Shown here piece after piece: positions 18,868-29,155 of a stretch of DNA of 64,000 nt. Origin of the DNA: Myxococcota bacterium (GTDB lineage: Bacteria; Myxococcota_A; SURF-8); the NCBI GenBank assembly GCA_965140415.1, contig OZ223209.1:1728001-1792000 (forward strand), given 5' to 3'. The notes under the pieces were generated by a model. The model saw nothing but the letters and a program-made list of their open reading frames with translations. It did not search any database and was not told the DNA's origin. Position numbers and translations under genes: made by a program. Positions within the stretch are counted from its first letter, which is position 1, and each line of letters begins with the position of its first letter.

Positions 18868-21210
18868 ATGAAACCTTACAGATCATTCCGGTTGGCGGAT
18901 GGATGGCTGCTATTGTCGCTTCTTTTCACAATGGCGCTTGTGCTGCCTGCCTGCGGTGGCGGAGATTCCAGTCCGGACGGAGATGTGGAAATCGTCGATT
19001 CAAACTGTCCGCCTTGCTACATCTGGTTCCGCGGAGAATGCGTGGAAGATCCGAAGTGCTCCGACGGCGATAGCACCGGAGACGAAGATCAGATCGAAGA
19101 CGGCGATCAAATCATTGATGGTGATAAAGACGATCCCGACGGTGATCAGGTCGATGGCGATGGCATCATCTGGCCGGATGAAGACTTCGAAACCGTCGAT
19201 GGCGATCAGATCGTGACCGATGGTGATGACGAACTGGATGTTATCGAAGCTGAAGAATGGCCGGATCGCGAAGACATCGGCGACTGCCAGGAAGATCGTG
19301 ACTGTCCCGATAACCGATATTTCTGCAACCTCGATACGCACTTATGCGAACTCAAGCCGATCGATGGCGATTGGGATGTCGAAGGCGATATCCCCATGTG
19401 CGACAACAACTATCGCGCCTGCGAAACCCACGACGTCTGCCGTTCGGGTGTGTTGTGCAATCCCGACACCGGTTGCTGCGATCCGCTGTATCGTCCGACC
19501 TGTACCTATCGTACCGACTGCCCCGATGGCTGGTTCTGCACTCCCGATCACTACTGCGACATTCAGTGCTGGTCGCACGAAATGTGCGAAGATGAATTCG
19601 GGATTCAGTTCTGCTGCCGCGCCGACGGCGTGTGCGTGCTGGATGATATCTGTGACGCCATCGACGGCGACGAGGATGTGTCTCCCTGTCAAAGCTGCCA
19701 GGACTGCGTAGCGATTTACGGCGATCACAGTCATTTCTGCAATGTCAACCTTCAGGAATGTATGCCGATTCCAGACGATAAGGGTTGCTGTGAAAGCGCA
19801 GACTGTCCGCAATACGGTGCCGGATATGCCAACGCTCTTTGCGATCAGCACGTGGGACTTTGCATTCCTCAGGGGGATGAAGATCCGGTCGGCCTGATCG
19901 GTGGATACATCTACGCTTCCAACGCTCTGGATGATCTGGGCGATGAAGACATCCGGTTTATGGTTGAATTGGAAGACAGCACGGGACAGCTACTGGATCA
20001 GCGCACCAATTTAATTATGGTGAAGGTATCGGCGGATCTGTACGCCGTCAGCTACCAGTTCGTGGATTTGCCCTTACAGAAAAATTACTACCTTTATCTC
20101 ACAATGGTTCCGCCGCCCATCCCCTACCTGGATCACCAGCGCTATCCGCTCAATCCGGTGTATCTGGGTACAGGAGCCGCCGCCCAGGCCAACGATGTAG
20201 ATTTCTATATGGACCTGGACGATCCGCGCCTGGCGGTTATCAGCGGCGACATTTACCTGGAGCCCGACTACCAGGATGGAGAAGTGAGCTTGCGGGTATG
20301 GGGCGAAAATGAAGATGGAACCGGTTTCGAGCGTTTGCCGGAATACCACTACATGTCCGACATCGGTGATTTGGTAGAAGGTGTGCGCAGCTATTCTATC
20401 CGTAAATTGACGAACGGCAGCTACTATGTGTCCGCTTACGTCACCGACAGCACCGCTTCGGCGGGAGAGTTGGGAGACTACATCAGCACCCCGATTGTGG
20501 TTGAAAACCTTTCGCAGAATCCTTCACAGCAGTTTACCGGTGTGGATTTCCACTTCGGTAGCCAGGATTCGGAATTGGCTTCTGTCAGCGGTTCGGTCTT
20601 TACCGCGTCATACATGGACGCCGATCTCTTAGAAGTGTGGCTCTACGACAACAGCGAGTTGTCGTATCCGGTGGCAGGTGCCTGGTTGGCCAGCGGCTCG
20701 CGTTCGAATGAAATTCTGTATACCTTCCCGAACGTCGAGTTTGGCACGTATTATCTACAGGGACAATACGCGGTGGATCTGCCGGAAAATGTTTCCGCAC
20801 CCATTCCTACCGCGCAGCCCGATGACTTCGTCTTGTTGATCGATAGTGCGCAGGAATACGACGGGATCGATTTGACGTTCGATACCACCCGTAGCGGTTA
20901 CGGATCGATCAGCGGCGAATTGCTCTACGACAGCAGTTACTCCGGGTACACGTTCAGTGTGGAAGTTTACCGGGGTGAGATTCTGCCGGTGCTGCTCGAA
21001 CGTGAAGACCTGATATTGGATCAGGATGACATGGCGGGTCAAGGCAGCTATTTTGTGGAAAGCCTGTTATTGGACACCAGTTATTACCTGCAACTGATCG
21101 GCTACGATGGCTTTGGCGGTCGTGAGATTTTGGCGGAGCAGGGTCCCTATCTGGTCGGTGGCAGTGCTCAGGAAAACCTGACCGGTGTTGATTTCGACCT
21201 GCGCCCCTAG
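18868..21210 (+). CDS. lipoprotein with DGD linker, Cys-rich modules and four beta-sandwich repeats
   Basis: Lipobox LPAC; four C-terminal repeats of the form (I/V)SGxI...YxFxxL..YYL...GVDF. Confidence 0.9.
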   Translation: MKPYRSFRLADGWLLLSLLFTMALVLPACGGGDSSPDGDVEIVDSNCPPCYIWFRGECVEDPKCSDGDSTGDEDQIEDGDQIIDGDKDDPDGDQVDGDGIIWPDEDFETVDGDQIVTDGDDELDVIEAEEWPDREDIGDCQEDRDCPDNRYFCNLDTHLCELKPIDGDWDVEGDIPMCDNNYRACETHDVCRSGVLCNPDTGCCDPLYRPTCTYRTDCPDGWFCTPDHYCDIQCWSHEMCEDEFGIQFCCRADGVCVLDDICDAIDGDEDVSPCQSCQDCVAIYGDHSHFCNVNLQECMPIPDDKGCCESADCPQYGAGYANALCDQHVGLCIPQGDEDPVGLIGGYIYASNALDDLGDEDIRFMVELEDSTGQLLDQRTNLIMVKVSADLYAVSYQFVDLPLQKNYYLYLTMVPPPIPYLDHQRYPLNPVYLGTGAAAQANDVDFYMDLDDPRLAVISGDIYLEPDYQDGEVSLRVWGENEDGTGFERLPEYHYMSDIGDLVEGVRSYSIRKLTNGSYYVSAYVTDSTASAGELGDYISTPIVVENLSQNPSQQFTGVDFHFGSQDSELASVSGSVFTASYMDADLLEVWLYDNSELSYPVAGAWLASGSRSNEILYTFPNVEFGTYYLQGQYAVDLPENVSAPIPTAQPDDFVLLIDSAQEYDGIDLTFDTTRSGYGSISGELLYDSSYSGYTFSVEVYRGEILPVLLEREDLILDQDDMAGQGSYFVESLLLDTSYYLQLIGYDGFGGREILAEQGPYLVGGSAQENLTGVDFDLRP

Positions 21211-21273
21211 GGAAGTGCGGTTGTTGCGGCGCACGGCGCGCCGTTTCGGTAGTTTTTGAGGTGGAGGAATTCA

Positions 21274-22215
21274 ATGATTCGATGGCTTATGATTTGTAGT
21301 ATTCTGATCAGTGCGATGATCATTGTGTTGGCCTGTGACGATGGTACGAGCGGCACCAGCGATGGTGATGCGGAAGGTGTATGCCCGGATGGTCAGGAGA
21401 AAGGCCCGGACGGCTTGTGTCACGACGTGCTGCCTCCCGGCGATCTTCCCGACACCACCGATGGCGATGAAGAAGGGACGAAGCCCGATGGCGATAACGA
21501 CACCATAGTCGACGGCGATAAGGACACGGATATTGATCGTGATCTCGATCTTATCAAACCTGATGGGGATGCGGACCCCGATCCTGACCCGGACCTCGAT
21601 CCCGACCCGAACGACAACGACTTCCACTTCCCGCCGGGTGACGAAGATCCTGATCCCGATGTCGATCCCGATCCGGACCCCGATCCCGATCCGGAGCCGG
21701 CGGAGACCGGTATTCCCTGTGACGATCACGATGATTGTCCCTATGGTCAGTATTGCGGACCAGGTGGCTACTGTGGTTTCGACTGCCTGACCAATCGCGA
21801 ATGCTTGCCGCAGTGTTGTATTGTCGAGCGCGGCTGGTGCCGGGATTGTCCGGTGGATGGCGACGAGGAACCGGATGAAGATCAGATCATTCTCTGTGCC
21901 AACGATTCCTCCTGCCCGACCGGTTATTACTGTTCGCCGCCGGTAGATGGCGTTTGCGTGCAGGATTGTGTGCGAGACAGCGATTGTCCCCAGGGTCGCT
22001 ACTGCGAAGAAGAGCGCGGTCGTTGCCGTATCATTCCGGCTGACGTCGATGTAACTCGCGGCGGTTCGGTGGGTGCGCAAGCTTGCGAGAAGCAGTCGGA
22101 CTGCGGAGCTGGCTGGGTCTGTGATTGGACCCGTTCGGTATGTGTACCGGGATGCAAAAAGAACAGCGATTGTCCGCCTGAAGCTCCGATTTGCGCGGAA
22201 GGTATTTGTTACTGA
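21274..22215 (+). CDS. Cys-rich lipoprotein with (DP)n linker
   Basis: ATG 21274 with GGAGG; lipobox VLAC; DPDPDP tracts; repeated CxxDxDCPxGxYC modules. Confidence 0.9.
   Translation: MIRWLMICSILISAMIIVLACDDGTSGTSDGDAEGVCPDGQEKGPDGLCHDVLPPGDLPDTTDGDEEGTKPDGDNDTIVDGDKDTDIDRDLDLIKPDGDADPDPDPDLDPDPNDNDFHFPPGDEDPDPDVDPDPDPDPDPEPAETGIPCDDHDDCPYGQYCGPGGYCGFDCLTNRECLPQCCIVERGWCRDCPVDGDEEPDEDQIILCANDSSCPTGYYCSPPVDGVCVQDCVRDSDCPQGRYCEEERGRCRIIPADVDVTRGGSVGAQACEKQSDCGAGWVCDWTRSVCVPGCKKNSDCPPEAPICAEGICY
21574..21693 (+). repeat. degenerate hexamer repeats encoding Asp-Pro
   Basis: gacccc/gatcct/gacccg/gatccc arrays in two blocks. Confidence 0.7.
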
Positions 22216-22239
22216 TCGAAACGACTGATCCATCTAATA

Positions 22240-22270
22240 CAAACGGCGGCTCCAAGTGGGCCGCCGTTTG
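22240..22270. terminator. terminator between convergent genes
   Basis: caaacggcggc...gccgccgtttg stem. Confidence 0.7.
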
Positions 22271-22300
22271 CTATTGGGGGAAACGACATTCTGTTGTTGG

Positions 22301-24586
22301 CTATTTCTGCTTTGTCGTCTTCCAAAGACCGAAGCCGGTGGCGCCATCACCGTACAAGTGCCGATAAATGCCGTAGCTTTTCAGCACTCGCCGTGTATAA
22401 CGCCGGGTTTCCCTGTAGGGGATGTCTTCGATAAACTCATCCATCGGTCGCTCGCCATGTTCGCGCAGCCAGCGCCGCACCGCCGTTTCGCCGCCGTTAT
22501 AAGAACTGATGGCCAAGGCATGGTTGCCCTTGAATTTATCGATCAGTTCCTCCAGGTAGAAGCTACCGAAACGGATGGCGATATCCGGGTTGGTCAGATC
22601 GCTTTTTCGGAATTGTTTGACTTTCAACCGCCTGGCGATATAGCGCCCGGTGGAATACATGATCTGTGTCAGACCGGTTGCGTGAGCGAATGATTCGATT
22701 TCGGGATCGAAGGAGGACTCTTCCCGCATCAGGGCATTCAATAACAGCGGGTCAAGTCCTACAACTTTGCAATGAACCTCCGTCAATCCCTTGAATGGGC
22801 GAGGATAAGCAAGCTTCCAGATCGCGTCGTTATTGGCAGATGGATAGTTGCGGGCAAAGTCGTCCAGCCGGGTGCGGAAGAAATAGACGCTGCGGGAGAC
22901 ATTGCCGTTTAAATAGTAGAGATAAGCCAAAAAGGACACCAGGTTCTGATCTTTCGGAAAGCCTTTTTCAAGAGCTTGAAACTCGCGCTTGGCTTCGCTG
23001 TTGCGGCCCAGCCGCAATAATTCCATGCCTCGCCGGAAATGAGGCATGTACAAGTATGGTTTGATGGAAATATCCAGCGCGTTGGCCAGCGGCTTATCGG
23101 CTTGTTCCGCTTTCTGTAGCGCCAGAAACTCTTCCGGTAACGGTGCGCCCAGTTCCTGTAGACGTTGTGCCGCCAGCGAAGAATAGTATCCCAGGGGATA
23201 CTCCTTGACGAGAGTGGTCCACTGCGAGATGGCGTTTTCCCGTTGGTTTTGCAGCAGATGAACGCGCCCGATCCAATAGCTGGCACGCTCGGTTTCAAAT
23301 CGGTCGAAGTCATTCTGTTTGATTGTGCTGAACGAGGCGAGCGCCTTTTCGTAGTGCTTGTTCTTATACTGCATCCAGCCCACGTACCACATTGCATCGG
23401 GAAGATGACCGCAAGTTTTGTGATTGTCGATCAACGACTGATAGGCCTGAAGGGCCAACTCATCCTGGTCGCTTTCTTTATAAGCTTTACCCAATAGCGA
23501 ACGCACAGCGCAGCTTCGTTTGTGATTCGGATTTTCTTTGGGAAATCGCTTGGCCAGCGCGATGGCTTTCTCGGTTTCACCTTTGCGCAGGTGCGCGTCG
23601 ATTTGCAGATAGGCGGCTTCTCCCTGTAACTGCGCGTCGGCTGCTTTCTTTTGGATCGCTTCAAAGAGTGGAATGGCTTTACTATAGTGGCGGCGTTTGA
23701 AATAAGCCCGCGCATGTTCAAACTGCATGTGTGCATAATACGGTGCGGATTCGTGCCGTTTAAGCTGTTTCAAGCCTTTTTGCAGTAGACGGTTGGCTTC
23801 GCGGTAGCGGAACTGGTCGATGTAGGTGCGGGCTTGAGCGGTCATCAACTCTGCCTGATCTTTTGGCGTCATGATGAAATTGCGTTCAAGCATGTGTGTC
23901 TGAGCCAGTTTTCCGAAGCCGCTGAATGGTTCCGCGGCCTGCACTTCCAGATACAATCGTTTGGCCTGCCTGGCATCGGCTTCGCCAAGGATTTCCGCCA
24001 GTTCATAGCGAGCCTGGGTGCTGCGGAAATGAGTCGGTTCGTTTTTCAAGATCAATTCCAGCAGCATGCGAGCGTCGGGATCATTTAATTTACTGCGGCA
24101 AGAAGCGATGCGAAAGCGTGCCTGTGTTGCGATGCGGCTGTCCAATGGAACTTGCTGGTACCAGTCCAATGCCTGTTGCCATTGGTAGCTCTGGTATTGG
24201 ATTTCCCCCAAATAATAGGCAATGTAGCCCTGTAATAAACTGTAGCTGCCGTTGATCTGTAAAAACGTCTGCTCTGCTTTCTCCATTTGCTGTGCTTCAA
24301 ACGCGCGCAGTCCCAGTAAGAACGACAAGCGCCGTTTCTGATCGTCATCCTGCTCGGCAGCCAGGGCTGTTTCCGTTTGTGTGACACATTGTTCGAGATC
24401 GTTCTGGTCGCAGGCCGTTTGCATTGCCTGATAGCGTTCATCGGAGAAATATGGCTCGGAATGGATACTTTCCAGCGTTTCTCCCTGTTGTTCCGGTGGT
24501 GGCAATGGATAGGGAGCCTGGGCCTTGGCTTGGAAAGAGAGGATTAACAGCAACAGGGCGGCAAAAGCGATTCGGTTGCAGGTCAT
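22301..24586 (-). CDS. slt: soluble lytic murein transglycosylase with TPR repeats (Slt-like)
   Basis: ALMREESSF, GLTQIM, SYNGG and IPYRETRRY SLT motifs; TPR-like N-terminus; signal peptide. Confidence 0.9.
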   Translation of the reverse strand: MTCNRIAFAALLLLILSFQAKAQAPYPLPPPEQQGETLESIHSEPYFSDERYQAMQTACDQNDLEQCVTQTETALAAEQDDDQKRRLSFLLGLRAFEAQQMEKAEQTFLQINGSYSLLQGYIAYYLGEIQYQSYQWQQALDWYQQVPLDSRIATQARFRIASCRSKLNDPDARMLLELILKNEPTHFRSTQARYELAEILGEADARQAKRLYLEVQAAEPFSGFGKLAQTHMLERNFIMTPKDQAELMTAQARTYIDQFRYREANRLLQKGLKQLKRHESAPYYAHMQFEHARAYFKRRHYSKAIPLFEAIQKKAADAQLQGEAAYLQIDAHLRKGETEKAIALAKRFPKENPNHKRSCAVRSLLGKAYKESDQDELALQAYQSLIDNHKTCGHLPDAMWYVGWMQYKNKHYEKALASFSTIKQNDFDRFETERASYWIGRVHLLQNQRENAISQWTTLVKEYPLGYYSSLAAQRLQELGAPLPEEFLALQKAEQADKPLANALDISIKPYLYMPHFRRGMELLRLGRNSEAKREFQALEKGFPKDQNLVSFLAYLYYLNGNVSRSVYFFRTRLDDFARNYPSANNDAIWKLAYPRPFKGLTEVHCKVVGLDPLLLNALMREESSFDPEIESFAHATGLTQIMYSTGRYIARRLKVKQFRKSDLTNPDIAIRFGSFYLEELIDKFKGNHALAISSYNGGETAVRRWLREHGERPMDEFIEDIPYRETRRYTRRVLKSYGIYRHLYGDGATGFGLWKTTKQK

Positions 24587-24826
24587 AAGGGGAATTCTAC
24601 TCCTTTACGTCATTCGATGATGGAAACAGTTCACTTCTACCGGAATATTGAAGCTATGGCAAGTTCTTCCCATATCCGATTTCGTGCAATCCTTTCATCA
24701 GGCAGATGAAAAACATTGCGTCCGCTTGTTCCCATACCTATAATACAAACGCTTTGCATAAGGGAATTGTCGAACGATTTCGCCCTTGTCTCTTTAAAGA
24801 TATCTTTTATTTATAAGGAAGATGGC

Positions 24827-26386
24827 GTGACGGGAGTGCCAGTTAAAATTGCCGGTCGGCTGTGGATAGGATGGATCGTGCTGGCGATTTTGCTGTTTGT
24901 TGCCTGTTCTTCCGATCCCAAACCCGAAGTCAACGATACTGCTCAAGAAGTTACGCTGTTGTTTTTCAACGACTTTCACGGCCACTTGCTTCCTTTCGAG
25001 CGGAATTATAAGGACGCAAAGCTTTCCGGTGGATTTGCCAGAATGGCGCAGCTTGTCGCGAAAATTCGTGAGGAAAACAAGCTTCAAAAGATCGATACCT
25101 TCTTTTTCAATTCCGGTGACGTCTTGCAGGGGACGCCACTATCCACCGCCTTTGAAGGGGAGGTGGAGGCTAAGGCGTTTAAGGCTGCCGGTGTCGATGC
25201 CATCTGTGTTGGTAATCACGATTTCGATTACAGTTTCGAGAAACTGCTGAAGTTGCAGAAATTAAGCGGAATTCCACTGTTATCGGCCAATGTGTTCGAG
25301 TTGAATTCCTCTAAAATGATTTTCGACCCTTATCAGATGTTCCATACTAAAAATGGATTGACATTAGCAGTGATGGGTTTGACGACTCCGGAAACCCCGG
25401 TGACGACACATCCTCGCAATGTGAGTAACCAGCGTTTTTCCCGTCCCGATCTGGCCATGCAATCGATGATCGACCGACTGGACGACAAAAGCGATGTGCT
25501 GGTGTTACTCAGCCACCTGGGATACAAGGCGGATGTTGAAGTCGCTCGTCATTTCCCGCAGTTGGATGTGATTCTTGGGGGACATTCTCATACTTATCTG
25601 CCGCAGCCGCGCATGTTGGGTGAAGTGATTATTGCTCAAGCAGTGGATCGCGGATTGTATTTGGGCCGTGTCGATCTGCAAGTACGCGAGGATCGTGGTT
25701 ATCTGAAAAACTATGAACTGATTCCAATCACCGACGATATGTCCGAGCATCCCGAGGTTGCAGAAGTCATTGAGGAATATCGACAAAAGCTGGACAGCGA
25801 AATCAATAAGGTGGTGGGAAAGAACGAGGAATTTCTGGATGGCGAACGGGGGCACATCCGTATTGGAGAAACCAATCTTGGTGATTTGACAGCGGATTTG
25901 ATGCGTTTGCAGACCCGTTCCGATCTTGCGTTGATCAACAGCGGCGCTATTCGAGCCAGCATTCCTCCCGGCGAGGTCACGTTGAGCCACGTCATGCGGG
26001 CTTTCCCGATGAACAACACCATCGTTACGATGCAGATAACCGGTGAGGAACTTTACTATATTTTAAAGCGCGCGGTTACGGGCTTGACCGGGCCGGGACC
26101 GGATGAGCTTTTTGGCGGTTTCCTACAGATTTCCGGGTTGCGGTACACATTGAAGAATGGTGTGCCCACCAATATCAAGATCGGTACTGAAGGATTGAAA
26201 TTGTTCAAAACCTATAAAGTGGCAACAGTCGATTTCCTGGCTGCCGGCGGCGACGGTTACCGGGAGTTAAAGGACGGTCGCAACAAGTATGATACCGGCA
26301 TCAATTTGCGGGATCTGATGGTCAATTATCTGCGGGAACGATCTTCGATTCATGTATCTACTGATGGACGTTTTACACGGCAGTAA
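24827..26386 (+). CDS. bifunctional metallophosphatase/5'-nucleotidase (UshA-like), lipoprotein
   Basis: NDFHG, NSGD, GNHDFD, LSHLG, GGHSH, NSGAIR and DFLAAGGDGY; lipobox FVAC; GTG start 24827 inferred from the AAGGA RBS. Confidence 0.92.
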   Translation: MTGVPVKIAGRLWIGWIVLAILLFVACSSDPKPEVNDTAQEVTLLFFNDFHGHLLPFERNYKDAKLSGGFARMAQLVAKIREENKLQKIDTFFFNSGDVLQGTPLSTAFEGEVEAKAFKAAGVDAICVGNHDFDYSFEKLLKLQKLSGIPLLSANVFELNSSKMIFDPYQMFHTKNGLTLAVMGLTTPETPVTTHPRNVSNQRFSRPDLAMQSMIDRLDDKSDVLVLLSHLGYKADVEVARHFPQLDVILGGHSHTYLPQPRMLGEVIIAQAVDRGLYLGRVDLQVREDRGYLKNYELIPITDDMSEHPEVAEVIEEYRQKLDSEINKVVGKNEEFLDGERGHIRIGETNLGDLTADLMRLQTRSDLALINSGAIRASIPPGEVTLSHVMRAFPMNNTIVTMQITGEELYYILKRAVTGLTGPGPDELFGGFLQISGLRYTLKNGVPTNIKIGTEGLKLFKTYKVATVDFLAAGGDGYRELKDGRNKYDTGINLRDLMVNYLRERSSIHVSTDGRFTRQ

Positions 26387-26395
26387 ACTTCTCTC

Positions 26396-29155
26396 CTACT
26401 CCTCTTCCACTTTCTGATGCGTTCGATAAATCCGCACATAGCGGCGCTGGTCGGGACCGTCGTTGTTGCCGGTAATGAATTCCTGATACGCTTCCTGCGT
26501 ATTGGGGTTGATGGTGGTGCTGCGAACGTTTTCGATGCGCACGACGATCGGATAATCGTAGGTGGGCAGATCGCGTGGAATCGTCCACTTTGTTGAAATT
26601 GTTTCCATTACCGGATAGGGAGCGACGGTCACCGGCAGTGAAGCGATTTTTACCAATGAACCGGTGAATTCCGCATCAAAGCCTTCCAGCCCCAAACGCC
26701 CATCGTCATCGTCGGTCAGATCCCATGGCGTGCTTTCATAATACAGTGTTACATCGCCACTGGCGGCTACATCGCCGAGATTGCGCACGGTGAGCGTGAT
26801 ATCAATTTCTCTCCCCACCAGCGGGGCGGTATCCGAGAAAACGATGTCCATGGGATTGACAGTCAAATCCGGCTGCCGCGTGCGGAAACGCTCGCCGGTA
26901 ACAATCATATTTTCCGGGATCGGCCCTTGTTCTTCGCCAAAGGTTTTGGCGTAATCCCGCAACGCCTGCCAGGCCACTACGCCGCTATCGAGGTAAGGCA
27001 GGTCTTCGTTCCCCTGCAATGTAATCGGTCTCGACATCCACCTGCCGTCGCTTCTCTCTCCGGTAATGACAAAGTTCAGAATATACGCCAGGTTGCTACC
27101 GATGGAATGCACCATGGCCAGTCGATAGCTGCGCTCGGTGTCCATCGGTTCGCCGCCGATTTTAATCGAGCCGGGAACGAGGCGGTGGAAGGGTTCACCG
27201 CTGGGGTCGATTTGATAGGAGAAGTTGGAAAACTGCATCACTTCCAGGTTGAACTCTTTACTGGCACCGGCGTAGACCGTATCCAGCACTTCGATGGAGT
27301 AAACCAACTCAAGCACGTATTCCAGAATCGAAATGTCTTCGCGGCGGCTTTCTTCGATGCCCAGGGCGCTCAAGTCGAAAGTTCCGGGCTGGAAAAGCAG
27401 CACCACGAGAGGTTCGTCGTTCAAGCCGTTTTCATCCAGATTGTGCAGCGGAACGATATCATACGCGCCGTTTTCCGTCAGCGTTCCGGCTGTCAGATCG
27501 GCGCGGTAGATCGAAGGCACGACCATGGCGACATCGCATAAGACGTCTTCTTCTTGTAATTTCCATAGGAAAGCGTCTGCCAGGTATTGTCCCAGACCGC
27601 TTGGCGCACGGCTGCGGTGGCTCAGATCGATGGAAAAATCAGCCAGCGGAGTATCGTAAACATCGCCGTATTGTTCGATCAAAATGCCGTTCAGTTGATC
27701 GACCCATTCGGAGACTTCTTCATCTTCCTGGATGGTTTGATCTACCTGAATTAGATGAGAGTGCGTGACGGTCGCCTCGTTTTGTGTCGTATCGATTTCG
27801 AGCAGGTTGGCTGTGACGAATTCACCCGCTTCACGCCCTTGAATTACCACGGTTTCACTCCCGGCTGGGTTATCGATCAGGATAGGGTGGTTCAACTGAA
27901 TGTGTGAATGGGCGGAAAGCAACAGGTCGATTGCGCGTCCTGAATTTGCGCCGATGCCGTAACGGGCTATGAATTCATCTTTACCGGCGGGGATGTTCAC
28001 CCGGTCGCCGAAACCCAGTCCGGCATGGCTGGCCACGATGGTCACCTGCGCGCCTTGCTCGTCCAAACTATCCAGACCGTCTGCAATATAGCTGCTGCCG
28101 GTGGGATCGGGATCGAAGAAGGTCAAACCTTCCGAATAGTCGCGCGGAGCGCCGATGATGCGATAAAAGAACGGATCGCCCGCTACCTGCGTATAGATGG
28201 AAGCGTCGGTGGTTACGCCCAACAAACCGACTTTCAGACCATCCAGATCCAATACCAGGTTCTGATTGTAGCGGATATCCGCCTCGTTGTGCGAAAAGTC
28301 GGTTTCGAATGATGACACATAGGACTGGTAATCCTCTTTCAGTGTGGAAGGATCTACGTTGCCCCACATGAAGTACATCGGGTGGCCTTTGTCACCATCC
28401 TGGAATCGGGATTCCGCTGTGGCGATTTGACTGTCCAGCATGGGAATTCCAAAATGATAATCGTGATTTCCCACCTGTACCACATCCACTCCGATGGCAT
28501 CGTAGATTTCATACAGGCGACTGATCGCGCCGGATACGTTGTGGAACAAGGTGTTTTCGAAATCGTCTCCGCTGTTGACGATCAGTGTGGAAATGCCTTT
28601 CTGCGCGTTGTTGTCCCGGATGGTGCGGAAGATCGTTGCCAGCCTTGCCAGTCCTCCCAAGGAAAGCCGGTCTCGTTCGTGAGGCAGCATGCGCATATGG
28701 AAATCGTTGATCGACAACACGCACAGCGAGTGATGTTGCTCGTCGATTGGGTGGAAACTGAAAATCTGGAAGCGAATCGGTGCGGCCAGGCTCAATTCGT
28801 GACGCGCCTCGATCAACGCCAGACCGCTGCTGTTTCCTAGCTGCACCGTGGTTTGGGCGATGCCCGTTTCATCCGTTCGTATCGAATAAGGAGTGATATC
28901 GGCCTGCTCCACGCTGCTTTGGCCTTCACCATCCAATAGGGAAAACGTGATGAGCTGTCCTGCAACGGGCTGAGCATCATCGTCCACTACATTGAGTGAC
29001 AATGTCAGCGATTCTCCATGAAACGCGCTTTGAAACTGGTTCTGCACCGCCTGCAACTGCAGATCTACTGCGGATGCCGTGTCGTCGTCGTTATCCGAAC
29101 AGGACCAGGAAAAAAAGAGCAGCGCGAGGCAGCATAAGGTTGCAAAGCGTTTCAT
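26396..29155 (-). CDS. 5'-nucleotidase-family lipoprotein with N-terminal Ig-like and C-terminal CARDB-like domains
   Basis: Lipobox SWSC; Big_1-like segment (TDETGIAQTTVQLG); NDFH, NSGD, GNHDY, SHAG, SAHSH; C-terminal PDLTV...ITLTVRNLG...NN. Confidence 0.85.
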   Translation of the reverse strand: MKRFATLCCLALLFFSWSCSDNDDDTASAVDLQLQAVQNQFQSAFHGESLTLSLNVVDDDAQPVAGQLITFSLLDGEGQSSVEQADITPYSIRTDETGIAQTTVQLGNSSGLALIEARHELSLAAPIRFQIFSFHPIDEQHHSLCVLSINDFHMRMLPHERDRLSLGGLARLATIFRTIRDNNAQKGISTLIVNSGDDFENTLFHNVSGAISRLYEIYDAIGVDVVQVGNHDYHFGIPMLDSQIATAESRFQDGDKGHPMYFMWGNVDPSTLKEDYQSYVSSFETDFSHNEADIRYNQNLVLDLDGLKVGLLGVTTDASIYTQVAGDPFFYRIIGAPRDYSEGLTFFDPDPTGSSYIADGLDSLDEQGAQVTIVASHAGLGFGDRVNIPAGKDEFIARYGIGANSGRAIDLLLSAHSHIQLNHPILIDNPAGSETVVIQGREAGEFVTANLLEIDTTQNEATVTHSHLIQVDQTIQEDEEVSEWVDQLNGILIEQYGDVYDTPLADFSIDLSHRSRAPSGLGQYLADAFLWKLQEEDVLCDVAMVVPSIYRADLTAGTLTENGAYDIVPLHNLDENGLNDEPLVVLLFQPGTFDLSALGIEESRREDISILEYVLELVYSIEVLDTVYAGASKEFNLEVMQFSNFSYQIDPSGEPFHRLVPGSIKIGGEPMDTERSYRLAMVHSIGSNLAYILNFVITGERSDGRWMSRPITLQGNEDLPYLDSGVVAWQALRDYAKTFGEEQGPIPENMIVTGERFRTRQPDLTVNPMDIVFSDTAPLVGREIDITLTVRNLGDVAASGDVTLYYESTPWDLTDDDDGRLGLEGFDAEFTGSLVKIASLPVTVAPYPVMETISTKWTIPRDLPTYDYPIVVRIENVRSTTINPNTQEAYQEFITGNNDGPDQRRYVRIYRTHQKVEEE

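Noticed and set aside
21574-21693. CRISPR-like or phase-variable repeat
   Set aside because: These are degenerate in-frame Asp-Pro codons with no spacers and no cas genes.
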